From Octopus bimaculoides (Eukaryota), in NCBI RefSeq assembly GCF_001194135.2, contig NC_068981.1:54388050-54451800 (forward strand): 63,751 nt of DNA, given 5' to 3'. This document shows positions 27,700-40,955 of the stretch, piece after piece (position 1 is the stretch's first letter; the number at the start of each line of letters is the position of its first letter). The notes under the pieces were generated by a model. The model was not told the origin of the DNA. It saw only the letters and a list, made by a program, of their open reading frames with translations, and did not search any database. Made by a program: the position numbers and the translations under genes.

Positions 27700-28800
27700 A
27701 GTTTAATTAGATAACTTGATTGTTATTATGATCTTCTTTAAACTTTTTTTTTTTTTTTGCATTAATGGCAAAAGTTGAAGGGATAGTGTTTATTTCTCGA
27801 AAAGGTAACTAGTTCCATGCCAACATGTCTGACATCAATGCTTTTATGATAGAATTATATAAAGAATTTGTTAGATTTAGAGTAATATCAAAGAAGTGGT
27901 AAGATTTTGTATTTATAGTAATTAGCAGTACAACATTTTTGAAAAAGATGTTGAGTTCTTGGAGATATATTCCACACTCACATTATCTTATATGATCATT
28001 CACAGAGTGGTAGAGTACAATGTCTAAAAGGAACAATGCTTTATAGGAAATACAACATCTGATACTGTACCTTTCTCTAGAGGGACAGAAGAAATGTTTG
28101 TAAACCAGAAAACTTGGGTGGCTATAAGTCAGGAATAACTTGCAAATGGGTTTCATATTGCCAGCAGGATATTTTTCCACAAGAAACATCAAATGGCTTT
28201 TTTGGAAGCTTTAAAGCCTGGAACTGATTTTTCTTGTCCTAGTAGACATACACTTCTAGTAAATTCCAGTTGCACCAACATTGTACACTTGTTCTATGTG
28301 TTTAGTTTCCTTCAGCATTAATTTTCTCCAGCTTCTCAGGATAATTAGTAGCAGCTTTTGTATCAATACTGGTTGCTTCACTAGTCATTTTTATGTTTTG
28401 AAAATTAAGTTACCACTTAGACCTTTCAAACAAAGCTTTACTTGGAAAGAATTTTTTTCTCATCAGTTGTTCCTTCTATTTTCTGAAAGTCATCATACAA
28501 ACTTTTAGCTTTTACTTAAATAACTACCACATTTATCAATACATTACATTCAGTCTGATCAGTGATAGACATATTAAGCTGTTCCATATTAAGTATCAAT
28601 TGAAATTTATGAAAAAGCAATGTCTTGGCATTCAATGGAGTAGTTGCTTGAGCACAACCTAATTTTATCTCTATTATCATGTATAACCTCTGCAGACATT
28701 GCAAACATTAATACTTTTGTAGTATGGCTGAGTATTTCTCTCACTTGAAAACTTTTAAAACATCAAACATTTGATGTAACCACTTTATGAATACTTTTCA
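27700..28800 (-). mobile_element. Possible decayed I/Nimb/Jockey-group LINE 5' part (gag-like Zn knuckle plus APE start)
   Basis: Minus strand CFK...HTTK...VCNVCRG (knuckle-like) and ISCWQYETHL (similar to CLQETHL). Very degenerate. Confidence 0.35.
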
Positions 28801-29189
28801 TGTTACTGCCTTCACTTCCGTTTGATAGTTGATTTCCAGTCATCTTGAATACTGTTGGATTTAATTTTGTATTATTAATTAAATCCAACTGTAGTGGTGA
28901 CAAACAAGAAATCCATATCAAATAGTACAGCAGTGTTGTTTTGTATTGGCAAAAAGTAATCGTCTTATATAGGATACAAAAAGAGGATGGAATGCATAGG
29001 TGCTAGTGAGGTTTGAAAAAAGTATACTTAGGAATTTTAGTTGTTAAAAGTGTTAAAATCTATCCATAGGGAGTTAAAATTATAGGCCCTATCACAAAAT
29101 TGATGGTCATAGTTTAAAACTTCCATAAGTACTGAATTCCATAATTCAAGTTTCTGTTATACAGGAGATGCATATATTTCCTGTGCCAT

Positions 29190-29470
29190 TATTGCAGCTT
29201 CTCCAGTCACTGGGTATTACACCTCCCTGTATTACCTGAGTAACTATATAAGTGACTAGCATGTGTCCTACTTCTCCAATTATTTTTAGCATTTTAGTAT
29301 GTATCCCTGATATGGCTGCTGCTTTCCCTAACTTAATATCTTTTAATCATGCTTTGGACCATATAGCTGCCAACTTGAATAGCTGGCTCTTCCCTTGAAT
29401 TTAGTTTTTGGTCCTGTGTGTTCTCCAGATTTAGCAACCACTTCCAAAAAATGACTGAACACTAAAGAAT
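29190..29470 (-). mobile_element. RTE LINE fragment (start of RT domain)
   Basis: Minus strand KDIKLGKAAAISGIHTKMLKIIGEVGHMLVTYIVTQVIQGGVIPSDWRS. Confidence 0.85.
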
Positions 29471-30948
29471 AGAAAGTAGCAGGTAAAGTTGTCTGTGTGT
29501 GTGTGTTGGTAAGCTGATGAGTGAGTAGTGGTTAAGCAGAAGTGAAAAGTGGGGTGGTGTAGAGAGTGAATGGATGATTTAAAGCTGTTAACCTAATCGA
29601 GGCGTGCTGAAGTCTACAAGAATGCATGTATAAGTTAGTCAGTGAGTGTTCATGTGTGTGTGCATGCATGCATGCATGTGTGTCTGCCTCACCGTAGTCG
29701 TCTGATCCATACTAGTGTGGAAAAGTAGATCTTAAAATGATGATGATGTATATAGAGTTCCATTTCTTTCTGCTCTGCACATGTTAATGGATTACTATAT
29801 TTGACAAAAACATTCTAATGATCAAGCTACTTTTTCACTGGCTTGTATTTCAAATCCTTATTTCATTATATTTTGAAGCAGAACACTTAACTCCTCAATA
29901 CTTCAGTAGACTAATGCTGTACATTTCATTAATACCTGAGTTAAGCACTGGTTCTTTTGAGCCTTTTATTTGTAAAATAATCTACAAAATTTAATCTTTA
30001 GTTTTAATTGAAGCCTTGGCTGTATTTTGCATTGTAATTTGTTGTTTGATTCAGATGAATTTCAAAATTTCATGTGTAGTTTATCCTTATAAAAGCACAA
30101 TAAATTATAAAAATTGATCTGATAGGAACAGCTTCTGAATAGAAATTCATTAACCTATTTTAAAACTTAACCTGTGCTATATCTGTATTAAAATATTCAT
30201 GTTTGAATTAATATCTCAATCAAAATATTCAAATATTTATAATAATGTAATTTTTGTATCACCAGCATGAAAAAAAGCACCCAGTACACTCTACTGTAAA
30301 GTGGTTGGTGTTGTAGAGGGCATCCAGCCATAGAAACCTTGTCAAAGCTGATATTGAGTATGATGCAGCCTTGTTGCTCACTGAATTCTGTCAAACTGTT
30401 CAACCCATGCCAGCATGGAAAATGGGCATTAAATTATGATGATGATTTGTATATAAAACAATGACTGAATATTGGTAGAGGTCTTAAATTTGTTAAAATG
30501 AAAATATTGTTGATATGTTTTTATTTCACATAGGATACATACATATAAAGTTCTATCTTCTCTCCAGATGTGATGAAAATCAGAAATTTGTGTATTGTGT
30601 GATGATTAAAAGTTAAAAATATTGAAACTGCCAGTTATGTTGCTCTCAGGTATATGACCTTACTGATATTGTCTTTTAACTACTTCCACATCCCAACTGC
30701 AAAAAAAGAAAATAAATTAGCTTGAGGTGTGCATCTAGCTATAAAATTCATGCTGTTATCTCATTCAACCAATGCTAGCATTGAGAAAGAGAAAGATAAA
30801 ACTAGAGTGCATGGTTAAAAAAAAAATCAATTAAAGATTTTGCATGGATTTAACATCATCATCAGCATCATGAAGTTAAATCCATTGCAAAATATTTAAA
30901 TGATGGTTTTTTTTTTTCTTAATCATTCAGGCTCTATTTTAAAAATAA

Positions 30949-31305
30949 GTGCAGGTGTGGCTGTGTTGTAAGAAGCTTCCTTTCCAAGTACATAATTCCG
31001 GGTTCAATATCACTGCGTTTTGGGCCGAACAAATCCTTATGAGTGGAGTTGGTGGATGGAAGATGAAAGAAGCCCGTTTTTGTGTGTGTGTGTGTGTGTC
31101 TGTCTTTGTCCCACACCACCACTTGATAACCAGTGTTGGTGTGTTTATTTCTGTATAACACAGTAGTTTGGCAAAAGAGATTGATAGAATAAATACTAGG
31201 CTTTAAAAAAAAATAGTACTGGAGTCAATTCATTTGACTAAAAATTCTTCAAGGTGGTGCACCAGTATTTTCATAGTCTAATGACTGAAACAGGAAAAAG
31301 ATAAA
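30949..31305 (+). mobile_element. Full-length SINE family A copy (partial copies also at about 16200, 21600, 22830, 31905 plus; 34720, 35150, 37330 minus)
   Basis: Head gtgcaggtgtggctgtgttgtaagaagcttcc...ccgggttcaa, tail aatgactgaaacaggaaaaagataaa. Confidence 0.8.
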
Positions 31306-34300
31306 ATAATATTTGCACCTTTGATTGAATATATGATAGTCTGAAACATATTTCTGTGTTAAAATATATTTCTCATGAAACTTAAGAAATAAATGTGAAG
31401 TTAGAACTGCAGAATAATTTTTGGTATTTCACTGGAGTTACTTATGTTTTGCTTCACTAAATGAAAATGTAATTTTTCATACTATTAACATCATTGTTAA
31501 AGGTGGAACATTTTAATATCTATGTCTACCTTAGCTTTAATCTCTGATTATCACTAGGTATTTTATCCTTGAATTTGTATGTAGTATCTGACTGGCTTTG
31601 AGCCTGAAACCTTTATTTCTAAATTAAGAATTGTAATGCCATAACCTCAAGGCCTCTGACATATCAGTAGTTAATGTTATATTTTTGAGTTACTAAAATT
31701 TATCTTTAGTAAAGTAAAACAGAGGGTTATTACCATTAATTTAGGTTCCTAGTTCAAATCCAATCTGGTGATGTATACACATCTAGGAATAAGACACCTG
31801 ATGACAATTGGAGATCAGACTGATTGAATGTTGTATAGATTTGTATATATTAAAAACTATCTGTGAAGATGAGGTTGCAAGTCTGAAAAACTACAGTCTT
31901 ATTAATGACTGAAGGCATAACAGTGTGGTGAAGAAGTTCTCTTTGCAATCTCATGGATACAGATTTTATCCTTGTACCTGAGGCAAATGTCTTCTACCAC
32001 AGCCTCAGGTCAACCAATGTCTATTGAGTGAAATTTTAGTTGACAGAAACTTTTCAGAAGCTCACTATACACATGCACACGCATGCAATCACACACACAC
32101 TATTTTCTGTGTGTGCATGCATGCATATATGTACATCTATATCATCTTTATCATATTTAGCTATGAAAGGAATAAACATCAGCAGAAAAAGTGATAACTG
32201 AAAACAAAAATATTTTTCTGGTATCTATTCCACACAAGCTCCCTATTTTTGTAATTGCCATTATAAATGCAATGAACCAGTAACTGGCTCATTAGAAACC
32301 AATGATACTATATTATTTGCAAAATGCTATATAACTTGACTTTTTGACATTAAATTAAAATGTTTTATATTATCAGAAAAACAAACATTACTTTTATTCA
32401 TATTTGTGGAGATGGTGTATTTTGTTGCAATAATGAAAGACTATATTTGTTATTAAGAATAATTATTATTTCTTGTATATACTTGCTGTGTGTGTAAATT
32501 AAATGAAAATAAATTGTGTGGTCAAGTGATAATGGTTATTGATGACTTCATAAACAAATATCATATGTCTGTTGGTAATGTGGTAATCCTATATGTTAGA
32601 AGATTGCAAAGGCATTGGAAGAGGTAGCTAAAGCTGACAGCCAAGAGCAACATTTATCTAAGATATTGATTTAAAGTACATAGCCAGTATAAAGACCAAC
32701 CATGTGATAGGCAAACATAGGTCAGAAATAACCTTCAAACTCTTTTGAGCTAGTGATAGCTCTTCTTGGTAGCATAGTCTGCTACAAATCACAACCAAAT
32801 CTTCCTCAAATTGCACGCTGACTGATACATTGGCTAATGTATCCCTTGATATGCAACTCCAGAGAGAATGATAGGATGATCATGACTGGAATGCCTTGAG
32901 CAGTCAGGTTGACTGGGGCTAAACAAAAACAGTAATCTTTGAACTCCGGTCACTGTTCTTATTGCTTGTTCATAGCTATCCTCACTTAAATATGCAGAAC
33001 ACAACTCTCAGTTTCCCTGACAACTGAACAGTGTGCCAGTTTCTAAACTTCCCATTTGATACTTTCTTTGTTCAGTTCTTCCTCCATTAGAATCAGCTTA
33101 TGCTGTAGTTCTATTAGAACTACATCATTGTAGAACTATTTTCTTAATCTCTTCAATAAATATGTATCTATAGACATTCAAGTTAAACTCTGACTATACA
33201 AACATCACTAACACTCTTATCTCCTAGCACATATAAATGTCATTTATATCTATTTTTTTATCTTATAAACCTATTCAACATTCTGATTGAGTAATCTGCT
33301 AGATTTCCAGCTCAAACTTTTGAAAAAGTATCTGGAAAATAGATACCAATTTACTTTATGATAATGTTGGAACAGTATTCAGCTAGATAAAGTTTACTGC
33401 AAGGACATACAATATCAATATCTAAGTTGATGTATTTCTATTATTAGTTTATTCAGTATCCATGCTTTATGATTTTTGTATTTATTTGCATTAGAGGTTA
33501 TGTTATTGCAAACCATACAAGTTTATATTTAACCATCTTGCTTTCATGACCCTGAGGGTAACTCAGTTCTTTTGTTTTTTGTTTTCACAAAAAAGAAGAC
33601 CTGTAGCCACTTTATATTGCTTTGTTAAAAGTAAGGGAAAGTTTAAAGTAGTCATAAACTAATAGCATATGGTTGTCATGTTATTACAACATTAACAACA
33701 ATAGTGAAAGCATTTGAATATGTAATGATTATAATCAAAATAGGAGTGTGAAGCATCGTATTATTCTTATATACAGGAATCAAACCATTTCTAGCTTTGA
33801 TTTTTCCTACTGTCTCTTCAAAGAGAAATACTGGTTTTTCAAAACATTCCAAGAATTGTGGAATGTTATTTGGGTTATAGAGCAGCCAAATATAATCTTC
33901 TAAATTTATTTAAATGTAAGCAGAAGAAAATAATCACAAATGCAGAGGCTCTAACTCCCACACAAATAGTCAGTAGAGGGAACTAAAACTAACTCTTGGC
34001 CAGAACTATATTTTTCTCACATAGTAACATAGCAGACACATATCAAAGGCTGTCAGTAAGTATAAACTTAGATATCCATTTCACTTTCTAAATTCCCCCT
34101 GTAAAGCTTAATTCTAAAATGAATCTGCTTCATTCTAATGGAATAGTATTTAAAAAAAGACTATTTTTTTAATGTTTTTATGTGCTGTAGGTATAGTTGG
34201 ATAGGCAAATTAGTCAATATATCATTTTGCATTTTAAGTATCTGTTACCAAGATATTCTTTGAACATTTCTTTTTATGTTTCTATTCCAAGAGAAACATT

Positions 34301-34622
34301 GTCTATCCATATCTCATGGGAATATATGAGTGGAGGAGGGGGATGAAGAAAATTGAAGCAATTAATGAAGACCTTGAAAATGGCTGCTTAACATATTTAA
34401 GAACATATTGACAGAAGAGAAGTTCCTTAGTGCAGTACCCTTGGAACTACACACATTTTTTATACACAGCTTTGTGAGGGAAAAAGTAATGGGTCTTTGT
34501 ATACTTATTTATAAATGTAGTACTAAAGAAGCAGAATTTTTTATGGTTATTTTTCCATGCTGTCATGGGTTAGACAGGACTTCATAAACCGAATCAATTC
34601 AATGGCTAAAAATATTTGGATA

Positions 34623-34708
34623 GCCACTGTTTTAGAGATGTTATCATTGTTTTTATGTAAACAATGCCACTGTTTTAGAGATGTTATCATTGTTTTTATG
34701 TAAACAAT
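34623..34708. repeat. Perfect 43-bp tandem duplication
   Basis: gccactgttttagagatgttatcattgtttttatgtaaacaat x2. Confidence 0.95.
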
Positions 34709-34727
34709 GCCAAGACAATGGGAAAAC

Positions 34728-34773
<46 letters not shown>

Positions 34774-36539
34774 TACATACAAAAAAGCTTCTTACGATTT
34801 CCTTATAACAGTCTCATTGGTCAGTCTAAGACTATATTAAAAGACACCTGCCCCAGTGCCATGAAGTGGGTATGAGCCTGAAACTGCATGGCTTTGAAGT
34901 AAGCTTCTTAACCACATGGTATTACATGCACCTAAAATGTATCCTCATCCTCATCAGCATCATCAATTTAATATCCACTTTTCCATACTTGCATGGGTCA
35001 GACAAAATTAATCGAGACAGATTTTCTTCATCATGATGCCTTTCCTGTCACCAACACTTACTCGTTTCCGAGCAAGGTAATATTTCCTCACAACCAGACA
35101 ATTGTATGATGGTGACAATCATTCACAACTATCACATAATATCAAGACAGGGAGGCACAAACACACACTCACATACATATATACATACATAAACGCATGC
35201 ACACACACACACATACGTACATACTATGTGTTTTTGTTTCAGTTTCCATCTACCAAATCCACTCACAATGCTTTGATCAGAAAACACTTGTCAAAGATGC
35301 TGCACAGCAGGACTGAACCCAAAGGCATATGGTTTGGATGTGAAGTTCTTAACCATATAACCATGCTTGCACCTTTGAGTTGTGTGTGTATGTGTGTGTG
35401 TGATAGTTTGGTCATCAAATTTCATGATGACCTAGGAAATGCTAGAAGTAGAAAAATAAATATTAAGAAGCAGAAGACATCTAAAATTATTATGTTCATC
35501 TGTTGGCAATTAATGAAAACAATGACTTTAACCATTCAGTATCTCTACTGGGAATGCATCCGTGTAGGGGGCGGTCTTAGGATCTATCTATCCTACATCA
35601 ACTATGGAAACTACGAATTTTATTGTCATGAATGTGTTATACTCCCACTGCCACTCTGAGAGGTCTGCCATCTGGGGCTCAAAAAAGTTTTGGCTTTCAG
35701 TATTCAATGAAGACCATGACTAACTATGTAACACTTTAGTGAGGGATGCAGTCACTCAGTCAGTTAGTTGAACAAAGCCAATCCTTGGCACTCTCAGTCT
35801 TGCATCATAAAAATATACTAAAACAAGAGAGAAGGAAGAATACATGAAAGACAGCTAGATACCAATAATCATTGATAACTGACCAACTATGAGCACCCAA
35901 CCAGAACAACTGACCTATGCCAACAAAATCAAAAACAGCAGCAAAAAACATCCCCGGCTACATATATCAAAAATGTTTAGATGCAGCACATTTTTTGTCT
36001 GTGACCAAATTGCAGTTTGAAGTGACAAAAATTTTGACAATATATTACAAATGAATGTTTAAGTAAAGTTAACAGTTTTAGAGTGTTTCTAAATGGTTAA
36101 CTTGTGTCTTTCATGCTGCAATTGCTAAATATATATATAAATCTGTAAAATTTTTGGAATTGATCATCTGGTGGCATAGACTCGACATATTATTTCATAT
36201 GCTACATAGTATTGCACTACCGTATTGTAAAGACTTCTCTTGTCTCTTCTTAGGATAAAATATTCCTAATGATGTGTTTATTCAACTTCCTGATTTATCT
36301 TGTTACATTCTCACAATTTTAAACACTTGAGGTGCTGCATCATTACAATATAGCACATTAACAAGGCTGTTTATTATGTTTTTTCTGAGCCGAGTTAATC
36401 TGAAATACAATCTTTGCATAATTATCTGTAACATTTCCTTTTCCATCTTGTCATTCATATTATGGCACTCCAGCATCTTCTGTCCTCTATATGTTTTGAA
36501 TCATAGCCACAAGCTCCATACAAACCAGTGAGTTACTTA

Positions 36540-36830
36540 GACTTGGGTCTCTCATGAGCCTTAGGTCTCATAAAGCTGGAGCTTGACTTGGTTTCCATGG
36601 CTATAAGTGGCCGAAATTACAACACTCTGCTCTTGAACAAGATGCCAGTCCATCACTAGATTAATTTCCCAGCTACTGCTGAAACTCAATTACAGCTGAG
36701 TGAACTGGTGCGACATGAAATGAAGTGCTTAACTCAAGAACTCAAGAACACAATGCATCATCTGGTCTGGGAATTGAGACCATGATCTTAGAAGTGCAAC
36801 ATCTTAACCACTAGGTCACACATCTTCACT
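36540..36830 (-). mobile_element. Older tRNA-derived SINE (related decayed + copy at about 38035-38260)
   Basis: gagtgaactggtgcgacatgaaatgaagtgcttaactcaag...gggaattgagacc...cttaaccactagg reads as a reversed tRNA head plus core. Confidence 0.5.
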
Positions 36831-37334
36831 AACCAGTGTGGCCATTAAAATCTTATACTACATTATAAGAATTGTGATTTTGTGGAGATAGTATTTTATT
36901 GTGCAAAAAAAAAAATAATTGCTTGTGAAGCATGTGTACAAATTACAGTGGCTACTATGTTGTATAAACATTTAAATTTTACAGTCTTTTTTTTAAGAAA
37001 AGTTTGCTAGTAGGGTAGCACTGATGGCTTTGCAATCCCTCCAAGACCATTGATGTCAACATAGTTATTGTCAGGGAAAGTTTTACATTACATATACGAT
37101 ATTTCTACATAACATCCAACACCACATTTATTTATTCATTTCTCTATTTCCATTTCTGCATGCTAGCATAGGTTGAACGTAAGCTTATTTGAGGCTGCAT
37201 TTTTTGGCTGGATGCCCTTCCTGTTACCAACCCTTAACTGTTTTCAATTAAAGGATTATTTAATATTCCACTGGTCTTCAAAAGCACAGAGCAAGAAGAT
37301 ATATTGTCAACAGGGAATACATCACAAGACACAT

Positions 37335-37390
<56 letters not shown>

Positions 37391-38449
37391 CCATACAACT
37401 TTTATCTAACACTTCAACTCACAAGGCACTGATTGGCTTGAGTCTTTCACGTCTCACTGAAATAGAACTCAAAATCATATGGTTACAAAGAAAGTCCCAA
37501 ATTCGCATAACTATGTCTGTATTTATTACATCATATTTGTTGACATAACTCTGCAAAATCATATTTATTCATCTTTTCTGTCATTCTGTTAGAAACGAAA
37601 TAGTCAGAGATAGAGGCCAGAAGAAGTGAATGAGAGTGAAAGAGAAACACTCATCTTGAAATGGCAAGGATCCATTGTAATTTTATATTACATCAGCTCC
37701 TATATGCAACCTTTACTGGCTTTGCACTGAAGAAGCATTTAAGTAACTTTATCACAATTTCTAATCTGATGTGATATTTTATCAAACAGCTGTGTAACTT
37801 CAAACCATGTTATGAGAACACGAATATCTTAATCTTTAGTTCAATAAACAATTCTTCTAATGTTAATTCTAACTTACTTATTTCCTTTCTTCAAACTTAC
37901 CTTCCTTCTTAACAGTTATACCTTTAGTAAATCTTCTGCTCTTTTCTAATCAAATATTTTTTTGAAGCTCTTATTACATCAATTATATTATCAGTTGTAA
38001 GTGATTAATGATAGATTAATGTTGTGAGGGCACAAGACCTTATGGGTAGGGTGTTACACTAACAATCACGAGACCATGGTTTAGATTTCTGGACCAGGCA
38101 CTGGCGTTATGTTCTTGATCAAAACACTTAATTTCACTTTGCCTTGTAAACACTGGATAAAGTGCATCTGTGAGTTAGAAGTTGACCTGTATTGGTGACT
38201 CCATATCAATCAGTCAGGCAGATCTCTTAGATGTGACCTAATATGTTCTTGTGTCTCAACTGATAGCAATTCAGTTTTATCTATTTGTTATGGCTACAAG
38301 ATGTTCTTCCTATTATAGACCAGGTATATTCATTGTAGTATAAGTAGGGATGAAGTTGTCTTCTCCTACTTGAGCTTCCTTCACCCAATAGTGGTTTTGT
38401 TTTAAAATTGTAACTCTGTGATTTGGTCACCTTGAACTGTAATCTACAA

Positions 38450-39775
38450 CAGGGGTCACCAACTGCCAGATTGTGGATCATTTGGTACCGGGTCACACAG
38501 AAAGAATAAATTATAAAATTTTATTTCTATTTTATTGACCACTAGCAGAGATATTTGGCGTTGTCCGTGTCACATGGAACTGAAGAATTAGACTTTTCTT
38601 CTATATTTTTTCAAATGAACTGGAATACCTATGATTCGAATTTCATCAAAATTGCAGATGAAGAATTTTAATGAGGGTTCTTTCCCTCTTTACACACCCT
38701 AACAAAAATTCTAATCATGACACATTTATTCCATACTACTCATCTTTATACCCAGATTCCAAAATTTAAATCTTATGGAACGTATTGAAAGGTTTTTGGT
38801 CCTGAAAAATGGAGCTCTAAAATGTGGGAGTTAAGGCCCATATTGGTGGGGGGGATCTTAAAGTCAACCAGAGAAGTTGAATTGTTGGGAATCTTTTTAA
38901 CTTGAGTTTTATATCTATTGTTCAAATTTCTTTGAAATTGGAAATATATGTCTTTATATATATCTTTATGGAAAAGATTATGTTAAATTTTTGAAATGCA
39001 AATATGTGAATGGAAATTAAGTTTAATTTGTAGCCAAAATAGTACTGAATCTTTTGATACCCCATATGTCAAAATCTGTAACGTGGTTTTGGAAAGCATA
39101 ATGAATATATAAAATATAGGAAAGTATATTACATAACAATACAGACGTAATACTGAAATAGTGTAAGAGATAACAGATTGCTCTGGGCTCGCATTAGGCA
39201 AAAAGTTTGAAATTTTTTTTGGCCCATGACACTGCATGGACCTTGGCTTTTGTATTTGACACGTGTTGCTTTAAGTATTTTATTTATATTATATATATAT
39301 ATGTATGTATAAGCTATGAGGGAGACCTCTACATGGTAGCTAGACCTTGTAGAAATAGCAGCCAAATCTCCCTCAAAACACCCTACTGTCTTAATCCGAC
39401 AATTCTGCCTATTATGTAGTTTGAATGAGAAACTGTAACTAAAAATTAAGATTATTAACCCCACAGGGAGAGGAAAGAAGCGAGACAGCATAGCGACTGT
39501 TTTGGCTGACTGTCATCCTGTACTCCCCTTGTTGCTAGCGAAATGCTATGTGCCAGCTGTCTGAGCAACTGGTTGTTTTAATGGCAGAACGAACAGGACA
39601 TAAAGATTACAAAAATAGCGATTCTCACTTTGAAACTAACAATTTTGAAAATCTTTTTAGATTATGGAATGCCCCGCTGTCTCATGTATCCATGTTTAAA
39701 ATTTCAGTGTGATTGGATAAACAATACTCCAGTTATAAGCACACAAACAGACAGACAGAACGGATTTTATATATT

Positions 39776-39806
<31 letters not shown>

Positions 39807-40275
39807 TGTATGTATATATATATGTGAGATAATAGTTTCACTTTAATAGTGAAACTATTAAAGTGAAAGTATCTGACATTACAATAGAGAAGTGTTATTG
39901 TTTCACTTTTTACACGTAATACTGAGATAGTGGAAGGGATAAAGGATTGCTCTGGTTGCACATCAGGCAAGAAGATTAAAATTTTTTTGGCCTATGACAC
40001 TACATGGACCCTAAGTAAGGTATGTGTAAAATTTGAATGAAATCAGTTGTGTAGTTTGCGAGTTTTAGGGATTCACACAGACAGACACACATTCTCATCT
40101 TTATATATAAAGATTGCTGTCTGCAGGGTGTTTTTACATTATGTATTGTATATGTAATAATTAGATTATATATTATGTACTGTATTGTGTTTTGTTATGT
40201 GCATGATCTCCAATCTGTGAAAAAATTATCTTGCATGAAACTGGTCCACAGTGCAAAAGAGGTTGGGGGCTCGTG
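38450..40275. mobile_element. hAT (Buster/Charlie-type) MITE expanded by nested insertions
   Basis: Left end caggggtcaccaac, right end ...gaaaaaattatcttgcatgaaactggtccacagtgcaaaagaggttgggggctcgtg. Perfect 8-bp TSD ATCTACAA at 38442-38449 and 40276-40283. Confidence 0.85.
38542..40112 (-). mobile_element. Complete non-autonomous Helitron inside the hAT MITE
   Basis: Minus strand 5' end TCttatatataaagatgagaatgtgtgtctg, 3' end gacaacgccaaatatctctgCTAG. Inserted at an A|T target with no TSD. Confidence 0.8.
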
Positions 40276-40464
40276 ATCTACAACTTGAAAGTTGAATAAT
40301 TACATAATGCAAATCGAGTGAAAATGAGACATGATAAGGGTTTAAATTTTTAGAAATGAAGCCAAAAAGAATGTGATAACTTCATACATTCGTACAGTGT
40401 GTTGTCATGATGAAGAATTGCCAACTGCATAGAACAATTTAATATTTTTTCCCATGTACATATA

Positions 40465-40620
40465 TGAGGGTGTGCTGAAAAGTTCCTGGATTTGGGTAAA
40501 GGAAAATACTGGAGGATCAGTTAATTATGATTTTATTCAATATGTTTCCCTCACAGAGTCACACATTGCAGCAGTCCTTCAGTTTTTCTAAGTCCTGTAA
40601 AAGAACTCGGAAGGTTGGGC
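40465..40620. mobile_element. Single mariner-type terminus
   Basis: ta-tgagggtgtgctgaaaagttcctgg resembles mariner TIRs. No partner end seen. Confidence 0.5.
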
Positions 40621-40687
40621 ACCATAATCTGTCTTGCCAATAATTCTAATAAAACCTCACCAGCATAACAATTCATCTGTGAGAACA

Positions 40688-40949
40688 AATTATGTACATT
40701 ATTTACATTATTTACATTATTTACATTTGATGGATATTTGTCCTCATCTTGTTTGTTGTTAACACAACGTTTCAGCTGATATACCCTCCAGCCTTCATCA
40801 GGTGTCTTGGGGAAATTTCAAACCTGAGTTTTCATTCCTAAGGTATTTTTCGATGTTGTTATTATTATTATTATTATTCAGATCACTGCCTGGAGTCGAA
40901 CTTGGAATCTTGGGGTTAGTAGCNNNNNNNNNNTCTTAACCACTATGCC
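40688..40949 (-). mobile_element. tRNA-headed, hammerhead-bearing short element, left (minus) copy
   Basis: Reverse complement of the 40956-41206 copy, with a 10-N gap in its head. Confidence 0.8.
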
Positions 40950-40955
40950 GGTATA

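Noticed and set aside
35102-35659. 185-aa ORF
   Set aside because: Runs through RTE-tail and SINE A sequence plus microsatellite; no recognisable domain.
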